64,000 nt of DNA from Rickettsiales bacterium (GTDB lineage: Bacteria; Pseudomonadota; Alphaproteobacteria; Rickettsiales; JABSSG01). The translations under genes were made by a program, and so were the position numbers. Of this stretch, positions 1-10,132 are shown piece after piece. Location of the stretch: the NCBI GenBank assembly GCA_020049805.1, contig JAGVLN010000008.1, positions 4,904 to 68,903 of the forward strand, in the 5' to 3' direction. The number at the start of each line of letters is the position of its first letter. The stretch's first letter is position 1. The notes under the pieces were generated by a model. That model did no database searches and had not been told where the DNA came from. It was given only the letters and a program-made list of their open reading frames with translations.

Positions 1-272
1 TTATTCATATCTCGATGTCTAGAAGTAGTGGCAAAAATTAGCTCTAAATCGCTTATTGCTTTTTCAAATTCTGTAAAAATCTGAGCATTTTCAACTACAT
101 GAGCGGCACCAACTGCTGTATATAAAGCAGCTTCGTTGGGCCAGCCATCACGTGGATTAACCACCCTTAAAGAACTAAATCCAAAATTTAACATAGCTCT
201 AGCAGCTGCACCAATATTTTCACCAAGTTGGGGTCGCGCTAAAATAATTACTGGAGAAGAGCTATTATTCAT
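1..272 (-). CDS. SpoU/TrmH-family RNA 2'-O-methyltransferase (TrmJ-like), N-terminal part; continues past the window start
   Basis: Hand translation of the minus strand from ATG at 272..270 gives MNNSSSPVIILARPQLGENIGAAARAMLNFGFSSLRVVNPRDGWPNEAALYTAVGAAHVVENAQIF...TTSRHRDMN, with no stop before position 1. The P..GNIGA.ARAM.NFG...L.VV.P N-terminus is typical of group-1 TrmH/TrmJ enzymes. It is missing from the ORF track because the window edge truncates it. It starts 6 nt after the cysS stop. Confidence 0.7.
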   Translation of the reverse strand, partial: MNNSSSPVIILARPQLGENIGAAARAMLNFGFSSLRVVNPRDGWPNEAALYTAVGAAHVVENAQIFTEFEKAISDLELIFATTSRHRDMN

Positions 273-277
273 GATAG

Positions 278-1651
278 TTATATTTTTCGCCAATTTGAGG
301 TTCCATCGGGTTTGTCTTCCACAATAATATCTTGAGATTTGAGTTTTTCACGAATTTGGTCTGCTAAAGCCCAATTTTTTTCCAATTTCGCTTGTATTCT
401 TTGATTAATTAATGTTTCTATAACTTGGTCTGGGCCTTGCCCAAACCATTCTTCTGCAGATGTATAAAAGAATCCTAGTAACCTTCCTGCATGATATAAA
501 ATATTAGCTAAATTTATTTTTTCATCTTCTTTTTGAGTTTTATGGAATTGTCTAGCTATATCATGCAATTTTGCTATGGCTGCTGGGAAATTTAAATCAT
601 CACATAGATCATGCGTTATTTCATCTATATTAGCTGTAGTGCTTTGAGAGTTTTTAGATTCGATTATTCGATAAAAACTATCTAAAGTTTTATGTGCATC
701 AAGTACAGTTTTATCGTTCCAGTTTAGAGGTTTACGATAATGTGTAGAAAGCAAAACATAACGTATTACTTCTCCTGGAATTTTCTTTTCTAGTAAATCA
801 TTAATAGTAAAGTAATTACCTAAGGATTTACTCATTTTTTCATTATTGACAGTTAAAAAGCCATTATGTACCCAATATCTAGCATATTGACTACCTTTAA
901 AACAGGTACAACTTTGAGCGATTTCATTAGTATGATGGGGAAAAATTAGATCCACACCGCCACCATGAATATCAAAATCATGTCCTAAATACTTGGTGCT
1001 CATGGCGGTACATTCTATATGCCATCCTGGTCTACCTTTACCCCAAGGGCTATCAAAGATAGCTGATGGATCGTCATCAATATCAGTTGGTTTCCATAAA
1101 ACAAAATCCTCAGGATTTTTTTTATTTTCGCTGACCTCTATTCTACTACCAGCTATAAGTTCATCAAGTGATCTACCAGATAATTTTGTATAATCCTTAT
1201 AAGTAGAAACGTCAAAATACACATGATTATTTGCAATGTAAGCACGGTTATTGGCAATAAGTTTTCCAATAATGTCTATCATATCTTGTATATGCTCTGT
1301 AGCTTTAGGTTCAATATTGGGAGTAAGGCAATTTAAAGCATCCATATCTTGATGAAAATAATCGATAGTTTTTTTAGTCAAAACATTTATAGCTATATTT
1401 TGTTGTTTGGCAGCATTATTTATTTTGTCATCTACATCAGTAATATTGCGGACATATAAAACTTTTTTTGCTCCATAGACTTGCCTTAATAATCTATATA
1501 ACAAATCATATACCACAGTAGATCTAGCATTACCTATATGTGGGCGTTCATAAACTGTTGGTCCACACACATACATAGTAATAAGTTCGTTATTTAACGG
1601 TTGAAAAGCCTGTTTTTGTTTGGTTAAGCTATTATATAAATTAATGATCAT
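278..1651 (-). CDS. cysS: cysteine--tRNA ligase
   Basis: 457 aa. Class I aaRS HIGH motif (RPHIGNARS) and KMSKS motif (KMSKSLGN). Length and overall sequence are typical of CysRS. Confidence 0.97.
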   Translation of the reverse strand: MIINLYNSLTKQKQAFQPLNNELITMYVCGPTVYERPHIGNARSTVVYDLLYRLLRQVYGAKKVLYVRNITDVDDKINNAAKQQNIAINVLTKKTIDYFHQDMDALNCLTPNIEPKATEHIQDMIDIIGKLIANNRAYIANNHVYFDVSTYKDYTKLSGRSLDELIAGSRIEVSENKKNPEDFVLWKPTDIDDDPSAIFDSPWGKGRPGWHIECTAMSTKYLGHDFDIHGGGVDLIFPHHTNEIAQSCTCFKGSQYARYWVHNGFLTVNNEKMSKSLGNYFTINDLLEKKIPGEVIRYVLLSTHYRKPLNWNDKTVLDAHKTLDSFYRIIESKNSQSTTANIDEITHDLCDDLNFPAAIAKLHDIARQFHKTQKEDEKINLANILYHAGRLLGFFYTSAEEWFGQGPDQVIETLINQRIQAKLEKNWALADQIREKLKSQDIIVEDKPDGTSNWRKI

Positions 1652-1724
1652 TTTTATTATGTTAAGTGTTTTTGGCTTATAACTATAAACATAATGGGAT
1701 TTTAGTGCAATAGTAGAAGGGAAG

Positions 1725-2150
1725 TTATTTCCATAATGAAAATTTTCTAGTTATTTCTGATACTTTGTCCCATGGGCCAAATAAGACGCATCCATAATAA
1801 ATAAGCTCCTCTTCTTTGCTGTTTTTAGTGCGTTCTAATTGTTCTAAATATGTACCACCAGTCATGGTATTAAGAAATATTGTATGTTTTATGTTATACT
1901 CTCGTGAAGCAAAGACGGTCTTTTTTATTTCATTAGATTTGGCTCTTAAAATTATATATGGCATTTGTGATATATTAGGATATAGGTGGCCTTCATTATC
2001 TATGTAATTATCTAATTTCAGAACCGTTTCATTTAAAGACCCACCCATACCTAAGCTCATATGAGCTAGAGCATTCATAGCTACACCTGGCTCTAATTCC
2101 TTATTGATTACAGCAACTAGTTTATTTTCAAAATTTGTCATAAGTATCAT
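1725..2150 (-). CDS. DUF2000-like small protein (function unknown)
   Basis: 141 aa. The pattern KLV.VIN..L.PG.AMNALAHM.LG...D..G..Y..I...P..IL.A and the C-terminal GP.D.V..IT..F.LW resemble my recollection of the DUF2000 family. Not verifiable here. Confidence 0.5.
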   Translation of the reverse strand: MILMTNFENKLVAVINKELEPGVAMNALAHMSLGMGGSLNETVLKLDNYIDNEGHLYPNISQMPYIILRAKSNEIKKTVFASREYNIKHTIFLNTMTGGTYLEQLERTKNSKEEELIYYGCVLFGPWDKVSEITRKFSLWK

Positions 2151-2287
2151 GAGAGAGTTGTTAAGTTAGTATTGTTTTACCATTATCTATGGTGATGATA
2201 AAGTCAATTATTAAAATATACATTAACTTGTCTGCTAAATTCTTTTATGGTATATCAATGTAGACAATAAATTGATCAAGGTTCGGG

Positions 2288-4156
2288 GTGTTTTTAAATC
2301 GTTCGCAAATTATTTTTTTATATGACCTATTAGCAGTGAATTTTAGTTTTAATATCGCTTTAGGTATTAGGCTATTGGACGAGGTTTCGTTATATAATTT
2401 GACTACTTATATTGAATATAGTTCTGTATTTTTTATTATATCTTTTATTGGGCTTTACTATTCCAAGCTTTATAAGCGTAGTTGGCGTTTCTCTTCTGAA
2501 AAGGATTACCTTTTTATAGTTCAAACGTGTTTAATAGTGACCATGTTATATGCCTTAGTAATGTTTATGGTTAATAGACTTACAGGCATACCTAGATCTG
2601 TTATATTAATGAATTGTATATTAATGCCTATGTTACTAAGTGGGAGCAGATTAATATATAAGCTAATTAGGTTTAATATCTCTAATAATAATTCTGAAGA
2701 AAAAGTTCCAGTATTAATAATAGGTGTGGATGATCGTATAGAGCTATTTTTAAGAGAAGTATTTTTTGCAGGTAATACGATTTATGAACCAGTTGGTATT
2801 ATTGACAATAATAAAACTAAAGTTGGAAGTAAAATTTATAATATAGAGGTCTATGGAGCCTTAAGTCAATTTGATCAAGTTTATGCGAAATTAAAAGCTA
2901 AAAATTTGATACCCAAAAGGTTAATAATAACAGATCGTTATAGCGAAGGAGATTATTTTAAACAGTTAATAGAGATTTCAGATCGTTATGGAATTAAATT
3001 GGCACGTTTACCGAAAGTGACAGAATTGCATTATAAATTAAATGAAACAGTAAAATCTCAACCCATAATAATTGAAGATTTGCTATTAAGAGAACAAAAT
3101 TTCCTAGATCATGATCAAGTATATTTATTTTTACGAAATAAAATAATTTTAATTACCGGTGCTGGTGGGACTATAGGTGCAGAATTAGTAAGACAACTTG
3201 CTAATTTTCAACCAGAAAAGCTTGTCATTATCGATAATTCAGAATTCAATTTATATAAAATAATAAACCAAATTACTTCTCTCCATCCTAATTTAAAACT
3301 AGCTTCTTATATTGCAGATATTAGAGATAAAGATCATTTAGAAAGGATTTTTGATAAAGAACGACCTCAAATAATATTCCATGCAGCGGCATTAAAACAT
3401 GTTCCACTTGTGGAAGAAAATATTATTGAGGGAATTAGGACAAATATTTTTGGTACAATTAATATAGCGCATCTTGCTCTTAAACATAAATCAGAGTCAA
3501 TGATTCTAATTTCTACTGATAAAGCTGTAAATCCTACAAATGTTTTAGGTGCAACTAAGCGTATTGCTGAGAAATATATTCAGGGTATTGGACAAAAATA
3601 TAGTCGTAAGAAAACTAGTTTTGTTGCAGTAAGATTTGGCAATGTTTTAGGTTCTTCTGGTTCAGTTATACCACTATTTGAACAACAAATATCTAATGGG
3701 GGACCAGTAACCATTACTGATCCTAAAATAACTAGATACTTTATGACTTTACGAGAAGCTGTTCAATTAGTTTTACAAGCAGGTAAATTAGGAGCTAGCC
3801 AGCATAAAGATTCGCATGGTCATATCTATGTACTTGATATGGGGAAACCGATTTTAATTAAAGATTTAGCAGAACAGATGATTAAATTATCTGGATTAAA
3901 TGTAGGTAAAGATATTAAAATCGAATATATAGGGCTGCGCCCAGGGGAAAAGCTCTATGAGGAATTATTTTATGATAGTGAACAGCCTACACCAACTGAA
4001 TATGAATCGATAATGGCAACTAAACAAAATGAAATAAATTTTGACGAGTTGAGTACTAAATTATCTAATTTGGAAATAAAATTTTCTTCTAAAGAAATGA
4101 GCGATCAAGAAATGAAAACTATTTTAAAAGAAATTATACCTGAGTATAATTTCTAA
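2288..4156 (+). CDS. capD: membrane-anchored polysaccharide biosynthesis protein, CapD/WbpM/PglF type (NDP-sugar 4,6-dehydratase)
   Basis: 622 aa. N-terminal hydrophobic segments are followed by an SDR fold with ITGAGGTIGAEL and FHAAALKHVP and the GNVLGS.GSV.P signature of Polysacc_synt_2. The GTG start in the track is uncertain. Confidence 0.85.
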   Translation: MFLNRSQIIFLYDLLAVNFSFNIALGIRLLDEVSLYNLTTYIEYSSVFFIISFIGLYYSKLYKRSWRFSSEKDYLFIVQTCLIVTMLYALVMFMVNRLTGIPRSVILMNCILMPMLLSGSRLIYKLIRFNISNNNSEEKVPVLIIGVDDRIELFLREVFFAGNTIYEPVGIIDNNKTKVGSKIYNIEVYGALSQFDQVYAKLKAKNLIPKRLIITDRYSEGDYFKQLIEISDRYGIKLARLPKVTELHYKLNETVKSQPIIIEDLLLREQNFLDHDQVYLFLRNKIILITGAGGTIGAELVRQLANFQPEKLVIIDNSEFNLYKIINQITSLHPNLKLASYIADIRDKDHLERIFDKERPQIIFHAAALKHVPLVEENIIEGIRTNIFGTINIAHLALKHKSESMILISTDKAVNPTNVLGATKRIAEKYIQGIGQKYSRKKTSFVAVRFGNVLGSSGSVIPLFEQQISNGGPVTITDPKITRYFMTLREAVQLVLQAGKLGASQHKDSHGHIYVLDMGKPILIKDLAEQMIKLSGLNVGKDIKIEYIGLRPGEKLYEELFYDSEQPTPTEYESIMATKQNEINFDELSTKLSNLEIKFSSKEMSDQEMKTILKEIIPEYNF

Positions 4157-4187
4157 GTTTATATAAGATTAATTATAATGGTAATTT

Positions 4188-5927
4188 ATGCCTTTTAGAC
4201 GAATGTCTATTAATAAAATAAATAATGCATATATATTGCCTTTCATTATTATGGTGCTTACAATTGGCGCCTTACTTGCTTATTTTTCTTGGGAAGAATA
4301 TCGCATTAACAAAAATAAAATTAACATTGTATTTAATTCTGAAACTGAACGTATAGAAAATGCTTTAGTTAATATTATCGATCACACCGAGTTTGTGATG
4401 AAAATCATAATTATGCAAATTACACCTAATTATGAAGATGTAGATTATATTAGCAATATTCTCAGTAAATATTCGATTAACCCTAATCTTAATAACGTCT
4501 TATCTTGGACAGTATTCAGTTGGTTAGATAAAGACCTTATAAAAAAAGTTGATAGTGTGGCCGGTGTTACTATAAAACAATCTGAACATTCGCATAGAGA
4601 ATTTTTGCAGCTATCTAAGAAGTATCCTGGAATTATGCATTTAGGAGCACCGATTTTTGGATTTACCAGTCAAAGGTACATAATTCCAGCAAGTATTGGA
4701 GTAATTAGTGGTGATAATTATATAGGTTCTTTAACTATAGGTTTTGATGTAATAAAGCTCAGTCATGTATTGGCAAATGTCGTTAAAGATCGAAACGTAT
4801 ATTTTGCGCTCGTTGATAAAAATATGAATATAATTTTGGAGTCATCTAATAGCCTTACTTCTAACGGAAATTATATTGTAGATATTGATAATTTTCAAAA
4901 TTTTATTAAGCGCAATAATATCGTTTTTGATAACTTAAATACTGTTTCAGAAGTAGATCTAATAAATAATGGTAATAACCATTATTTACATAGATTATCT
5001 AAATATCCATTTGCTATTTATTTGCATTATGACAATCAGGCGATAGCAGATAATTTTTGGAAAGAAATTACTTATAGAATAATAGAGGTTTGCGTAATTG
5101 GTTTTGTAGCTTTGATATTAGTTTTATATATATATAAACGGGAAAAGATTTTGCGTTATAAAGCAGAAATGGCCAGCAAAGTAGCTCTTGATGCTTCACA
5201 AGCTAAGACAGATTTTTTAGCTTATACTGCGCATGAACTTAGATCTCCTCTTGGATTCATAGTTACTAGTTCGGAAATGATCATGAATAAGGCGTTTGGT
5301 AGATTAAACGATAAATATCTAGAATATATTAAAAATATACACCAAGCCGGAAAAGAATTAATAGACTTTATTAATGATTTGTTGGATGAAATGCGCATAG
5401 AAGAGGGTGGTTTTCAAGTTGAGTTCTCTCCGGTTAATGTTGAAAATTTAATTAGAAGATCAGTAAAATTAAATACCATGAATTACCATTATAAAGTGGC
5501 AGTTAAAACTAATATTTCTAAGGATTTGCCAGTATTAAATTCTGATCCGCGTAGACTATTGCAAGTTTTTAACAACATTATTAGTAATGCGATGAAATAT
5601 TCTCCAGAGAATAGTGTTTTAAGCATTGAGGCTAAAATGAAAAAGAAAGAAATGCATATTACTTTCCAAGATCAGGGATACGGAATGAATGAAGAAGAAT
5701 TAAAAATATCTATGGCTAAATACGGTGTAGTGAAGCATGCAGAAACAGCAACTTCAGTAGGTTTAGGGCTTCCCTTAATTAAGCATTTGTTAGAGGCATT
5801 AGGGGCTCAATTTATTATAAATAGTAGTATAGGAAAAGGAACTAAGGTTAATATCATTTTCCCTGAAGATAAAATAGATCATAATGCAATAATAACTTCT
5901 GATAATGAAAACTCAAAAAATTCTTAA
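4188..5927 (+). CDS. sensor histidine kinase with an extracytoplasmic sensor domain flanked by two TM segments
   Basis: 579 aa. H-box AHELRSPL, N-box NNIISNAMKYSP, G1 DQGYGM, G2 GLGLPL. TM segments lie near aa 15-35 and 297-317. Confidence 0.85.
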   Translation: MPFRRMSINKINNAYILPFIIMVLTIGALLAYFSWEEYRINKNKINIVFNSETERIENALVNIIDHTEFVMKIIIMQITPNYEDVDYISNILSKYSINPNLNNVLSWTVFSWLDKDLIKKVDSVAGVTIKQSEHSHREFLQLSKKYPGIMHLGAPIFGFTSQRYIIPASIGVISGDNYIGSLTIGFDVIKLSHVLANVVKDRNVYFALVDKNMNIILESSNSLTSNGNYIVDIDNFQNFIKRNNIVFDNLNTVSEVDLINNGNNHYLHRLSKYPFAIYLHYDNQAIADNFWKEITYRIIEVCVIGFVALILVLYIYKREKILRYKAEMASKVALDASQAKTDFLAYTAHELRSPLGFIVTSSEMIMNKAFGRLNDKYLEYIKNIHQAGKELIDFINDLLDEMRIEEGGFQVEFSPVNVENLIRRSVKLNTMNYHYKVAVKTNISKDLPVLNSDPRRLLQVFNNIISNAMKYSPENSVLSIEAKMKKKEMHITFQDQGYGMNEEELKISMAKYGVVKHAETATSVGLGLPLIKHLLEALGAQFIINSSIGKGTKVNIIFPEDKIDHNAIITSDNENSKNS

Positions 5928-7029
5928 TGACTTCAAAAATATTCCATGGTTCATGGTATTGGTAATCACTATCTTGTCATGTATTGGTTTTTTAATGATG
6001 TATGATGCTGCTTATGGTTCTATGGAACCATGGGCGAGTAAGCAAATAGGTTTCTTTATAATCTTCTTTTTATTTATGTTAGCCATTGGAACTATGAGTC
6101 TTAGAACTATTTATAATTTTGCTTATATTGCCTACGGTCTATCCCTTATTTTATTAATACTAGTTGAGATTTTTGGGCATAAAGCAATGGGAGCAACTAG
6201 GTGGATTGATCTAAATATAATTAAATTGCAGCCTTCAGAGTTAATGAAGTTAACTATAGTTTTAGCTTTAGCTAAATATTTTCACTCATTATCCTATCAT
6301 AATGTATTAAAAATAAGGTTTCTAATAGTCCCAATATTTATGATTTTAATACCTGTTTTGTTAATAGTTAAACAACCAGATTTAGGTACTGCAATAATTA
6401 CTTTATTTGTAGGGGCAATTATATTTTTTATATCAGGAGTTCGCATTTGGAAATTTATTTTATCTTTCTTATTAGTGTTAGGGTCTTTACCTTTAATTTG
6501 GCATTATTTATATGATTATCAAAAACAAAGAATTTTGATTTTTTTAAACCCTGAAATGGACCCCCTGGGGGATGGATATAACATTATTCAATCGAAAATT
6601 GCTATAGGTTCTGGAGGGTTATTTGGTAAGGGAATGTTATCAGGTAGTCAGGCACAATTACAATTTTTACCTGAGCACCAAACAGATTTTGTTTTTCCGA
6701 TGTTGGCTGAAGAATTCGGATTTTTAGGAGTAATAATAGTAATGATGTTATACATGATATTAATAATGTACGGCGCTCATATTGCTTTATCTGCTAGAAA
6801 CCATTTTGGAAGATTGCTTGCATATGGTGTAACCGCAGTGTTTGCAGTACATATTTTTATTAATATGGGAATGGTGATGGGTTTATTACCAGTTGTAGGG
6901 GTGCCTTTACCTTTATTATCATATGGTGGGACAATTATGGGTACTATCCTAATATCATTTGGATTGTTGATTAATGTTCAATTAAATAGTAAAATTAGTT
7001 TGTCAGAAAAGACTTTAGGAGTAATTTAA
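5905..7029 (+). CDS. rodA: SEDS-family peptidoglycan glycosyltransferase, most likely RodA
   Basis: 374 aa polytopic protein of the FtsW/RodA/SpoVE family (QPSELMK, QPDLGTA, LPE.HTDF.F, SYGG motifs). Size and N-terminus fit RodA better than FtsW. It overlaps the kinase stop by 23 nt. Confidence 0.8.
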   Translation: MKTQKILNDFKNIPWFMVLVITILSCIGFLMMYDAAYGSMEPWASKQIGFFIIFFLFMLAIGTMSLRTIYNFAYIAYGLSLILLILVEIFGHKAMGATRWIDLNIIKLQPSELMKLTIVLALAKYFHSLSYHNVLKIRFLIVPIFMILIPVLLIVKQPDLGTAIITLFVGAIIFFISGVRIWKFILSFLLVLGSLPLIWHYLYDYQKQRILIFLNPEMDPLGDGYNIIQSKIAIGSGGLFGKGMLSGSQAQLQFLPEHQTDFVFPMLAEEFGFLGVIIVMMLYMILIMYGAHIALSARNHFGRLLAYGVTAVFAVHIFINMGMVMGLLPVVGVPLPLLSYGGTIMGTILISFGLLINVQLNSKISLSEKTLGVI

Positions 7030-7044
7030 ATAAGAGAGGGTGAT

Positions 7045-7650
7045 ATGCAAGTCTTAGTCTCTGGTCAAGGAGTAAAAATAGGAGAAGCTTTACAGGAATA
7101 CGTTAAAGATAAACTAATCAAACAAGTAACTAAGTATTTTGAGCAGGCAATTAATGCTCATGTAGTATTTCATAAAGAAGGAGTTTTCTACAAGGCAGAT
7201 ATTATCGTACATGAAGGTACAAGTCATCATCCTTTTATTAAAGGGGAGGCTAAAGCAGATGAAATTTATGCTGCGTTTGATGACGCTCTAGAAAAAGTTG
7301 ATAAGCAATTGGGCCGCTATAAAACACGTATAAAAAATCACCATAAAAGAAAACTAAGTGAAATAATTCAAGAAGATGCAGTTATTGGTACTAAGTACAT
7401 AATTAAACCTTTTATTAGCGAAGATTTAGATCAAGGTGAGTCTATAGAGGATAATCCTATAATTATTGCTGAAAAACCTACTTCTATTGAAAAACTATCG
7501 GTGGCTGACGCAGTAATGAAGATGGACTTAAATGGTCTTCCAGCAATGATTTTTGTTAATAACAATGATAATTGTTTAAATATAGTATATCATCGTCCTG
7601 ATGGTAATATTTCTTGGATTGACACTAAGCAATTTATTAGCGTTAAATGA
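7045..7650 (+). CDS. hpf: ribosome hibernation promoting factor, long form
   Basis: 201 aa. N-terminal S30AE/RaiA fold (MQVLVSGQGVKIGEALQEYV...) plus a C-terminal dimerisation domain (KPTSIEKLSVADAVMKMDL...FVNNN...NIVYHRPDG). GAGGG Shine-Dalgarno lies upstream. Confidence 0.85.
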   Translation: MQVLVSGQGVKIGEALQEYVKDKLIKQVTKYFEQAINAHVVFHKEGVFYKADIIVHEGTSHHPFIKGEAKADEIYAAFDDALEKVDKQLGRYKTRIKNHHKRKLSEIIQEDAVIGTKYIIKPFISEDLDQGESIEDNPIIIAEKPTSIEKLSVADAVMKMDLNGLPAMIFVNNNDNCLNIVYHRPDGNISWIDTKQFISVK

Positions 7651-7971
7651 CTAAATTTGCAGCCACATAGAGTTATTTCGCCCTTGCCTTTTTATAACCC
7701 CTAAATGAGGAGAGGGCGGGCTTATAGTGCCTAACAAGTTTAAGGGGAGGATTCCATCGAATGATAAGGACTCTAGCTTAAATTGATTAAAAGCATGAAA
7801 AACGGACGATATTTTCCAAGTAGCCATGTCTACTAGTCCACCGCTCATCAAATGCTCAATTCCTCTCATTATGTCATTACCGACACCTATAGATAATACA
7901 TTTTCTGTTTCAGTCGCTGCTTGCTGATGTTGATAACCCATACTCATTAAGCGCCATATAGGTTGTGTCAT
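7651..7971 (-). CDS. orphan ORF, no recognisable family (may be a gene relic or non-coding)
   Basis: 106-aa ORF from the track. It has no obvious SD, locally GC-richer codons and no motif I recognise. Kept only because nothing else explains this interval. Confidence 0.25.
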   Translation of the reverse strand: MTQPIWRLMSMGYQHQQAATETENVLSIGVGNDIMRGIEHLMSGGLVDMATWKISSVFHAFNQFKLESLSFDGILPLNLLGTISPPSPHLGVIKRQGRNNSMWLQI

Positions 7972-8153
7972 TATATATTTCTCCTCTTTAAAATCTTGAA
8001 ATATTATACATTAGTTAATTATATTTTACAAGCTTTTTCTTTAGTTTTTCGTTCTTAATATTAAAGTCTTTACTAGCCTTAAACTAAAACTATTTGCAAT
8101 TTTTTATATCATAGTATATTCATAAATACATGATTTAATCGTATGTTGAGTTT

Positions 8154-8798
8154 ATGAGTGATATTATACAAGAAGTTGCAGAGGATATAAAAACAGAAAA
8201 ATTCTTTTATGTCATTAAAAAATTTACTAAAATCTTTGTTGTTTTATCTTTAATAGCGCTTTTAGCTACTGCTGGTTTTGTATACCATAATTATAAATAT
8301 GAACAAAAACAATTAGCATTTAGCATCGATTACCATAATTTGGCTAATGCTAATATTGATTCTCCTGATTACTCCAATTTATTAAACAAGCTTACTAAGT
8401 CGGATTCAGAAGCTTACGGAGCAATGGCGAATATTTCTTATGCTAAGCAATTAATTGCTGTAAAAAACTATCAAGAAGCTTTTAAAATACTGACTTCTTT
8501 ATATAATAATAGTTCTAATAATGTAGTTTTTAGGAATATTTCACGAGTAATAATTTTGGCTACTATATTAGCTCAAGATTTAAAAGATATAAGTTTAGAT
8601 AATAAAATCAGTGAAACTACTTCTAATCAACCTTTTAACAACCTTATTAAGTTATTATATGCACAAATATTATTAGGTAATGATAAAATAGAAGAAGCTA
8701 AAGCTATACTTACAGAGTTATTGGATAAAAATAATCTGTCTGCTGACAATATATATTTTCTAGCGCATGTGTTAATGAATAATATTAGTAATAAATAG
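8154..8798 (+). CDS. YfgM-like membrane-anchored TPR-like protein
   Basis: 214 aa with one N-terminal TM (FVVLSLIALLATAGFVY) and a helical-repeat C-terminus. It sits immediately upstream of bamB-der, the same order as E. coli yfgM-bamB-der. Confidence 0.5.
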   Translation: MSDIIQEVAEDIKTEKFFYVIKKFTKIFVVLSLIALLATAGFVYHNYKYEQKQLAFSIDYHNLANANIDSPDYSNLLNKLTKSDSEAYGAMANISYAKQLIAVKNYQEAFKILTSLYNNSSNNVVFRNISRVIILATILAQDLKDISLDNKISETTSNQPFNNLIKLLYAQILLGNDKIEEAKAILTELLDKNNLSADNIYFLAHVLMNNISNK

Positions 8799-8804
8799 GC
8801 TCTT

Positions 8805-10127
8805 ATGACTATAAATAAAATATTATACCCAATATTAATAATAGTGATTTTGATTTGTGGTATGGGTTGCGAAAAGAAAACAAAAATTAAAAAACTACCA
8901 GGCCAATACACTGATTTAATGCAAGAAATTAATTATGCTAAACCTGATTCTGTACTTGCTGAAAAGCCTGTAATGCTTCCTGGAGCTCAACCTAATAATC
9001 AGTGGTTAAGTAGTAATTTTTCTTTAGTTTCCATACCAGAGAATATTAAAATTGAACCACCTTTAGCTAATAAAATTAGCAATTATAGACTATTACACTC
9101 GCATAATATTTATGGAGCTAGTATTACTCCGGTAGTAGAAAAAGGGATTTTATATATAGCTGATAATAAAGGGTTTGTGGCTGCTTATAATACCCAAAAT
9201 TTTTCAAAAGCTTTATGGACGACTCAAATTTTTAGAAATCTTCCGCTGAATGACAATGCTGGTGGTGGATTTTCACTCTATGAAGATATGTTAGTTGTGA
9301 CCTTCGGTAATGATTATTTGATAGCTTTAGATAAAAATACAGGGTCAGAAATTTGGCATTATAATTTAAGTAATGTTACCCGTGCGGCTCCTACTATTAA
9401 AAATGGCAAAGTCTTAGTTCTAACTATTGATAATAGATTATATTGTTTAAATGTACATACAGGAGAATTAATTTGGACTCATGAAGGAGCGATAGAGCAG
9501 TTAGGAGTATTTGGTTCCGCTTCACCGGCAGTGAGTGAAAAATTGGTAATAGTACCACATTCCTCTGGCCAATTACATGCCTTAGATATTAATAGTGGAC
9601 AACTAGTATGGCAGTTAAATCTGATTAAAAATACTAATAACAGTACTATGCTTTACCTTAATGATATAGACATGACACCAATTATTAATAATGGGACAGT
9701 ATATATTTCTAATTATGCTGGTACCATGTTTGCTATTGAGCTTACATCTGGTCAAATGAAATGGTATAATGATACTATAGGAGGTACCAAATTTGCTTGG
9801 ATAGCAAAAGATTATATTTATTCAGTTAACAAATTTAATCAGCTTACAGCATCTTTAAAGCAGACAGGCCAAATTAAATGGGTGGTACAAATAGCTAATA
9901 CAAATTCTAAGTCCAAAAATAATAAACTAATTATTAATGGACCAATAATGGTGAATAATATATTATATTTAACTACTACTGAAGGTAAGCTTTTAACTTA
10001 TGATCCTATTACTGGAAATGAATTGGGAGAATATAAAATTTCAAAAGCTGTTTATTCCCCACCAATCGCTGTAGATAATAACATATACTTTATTAATGAT
10101 ACAGGCACTTTATCAGTGCTTAGGTAA
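8805..10127 (+). CDS. bamB: outer-membrane protein assembly factor BamB (PQQ-like beta-propeller lipoprotein)
   Basis: 440 aa. N-terminal hydrophobic signal with Cys (LICGMGC). Repeated G..W motifs (GSEIWHY, GELIWTH, GQLVWQL, GQMKWYN, GQIKWVV) are typical of the BamB propeller. Synteny with der supports the call. Confidence 0.8.
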   Translation: MTINKILYPILIIVILICGMGCEKKTKIKKLPGQYTDLMQEINYAKPDSVLAEKPVMLPGAQPNNQWLSSNFSLVSIPENIKIEPPLANKISNYRLLHSHNIYGASITPVVEKGILYIADNKGFVAAYNTQNFSKALWTTQIFRNLPLNDNAGGGFSLYEDMLVVTFGNDYLIALDKNTGSEIWHYNLSNVTRAAPTIKNGKVLVLTIDNRLYCLNVHTGELIWTHEGAIEQLGVFGSASPAVSEKLVIVPHSSGQLHALDINSGQLVWQLNLIKNTNNSTMLYLNDIDMTPIINNGTVYISNYAGTMFAIELTSGQMKWYNDTIGGTKFAWIAKDYIYSVNKFNQLTASLKQTGQIKWVVQIANTNSKSKNNKLIINGPIMVNNILYLTTTEGKLLTYDPITGNELGEYKISKAVYSPPIAVDNNIYFINDTGTLSVLR

Positions 10128-10132
10128 AAATT

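Noticed and set aside
136-327. 63-aa plus-strand ORF at the window start
   Set aside because: It overlaps the TrmJ-like gene (minus strand, 1..272) and the cysS 3' end, both of which have clear family signatures. It is antisense noise.
7651-7971. Structured housekeeping ncRNA (tmRNA, RNase P RNA, SRP/4.5S RNA) in the GC-richer stretch after hpf
   Set aside because: I could not find the conserved signatures: the tRNA-like acceptor/T-arm end of tmRNA, the GAGGAAAGTCC-type P4 region of RNase P, or the SRP domain IV GGAA/AGCA motif. A novel sRNA cannot be excluded.
8627-8911. 94-aa minus-strand ORF spanning the yfgM-like/bamB junction; also 11741..12088 (minus) across the cupredoxin/FTR1 junction and 27347..27604 (minus) over the sixA start
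   Set aside because: Each overlaps better-supported genes on the opposite strand and has no recognisable motifs.
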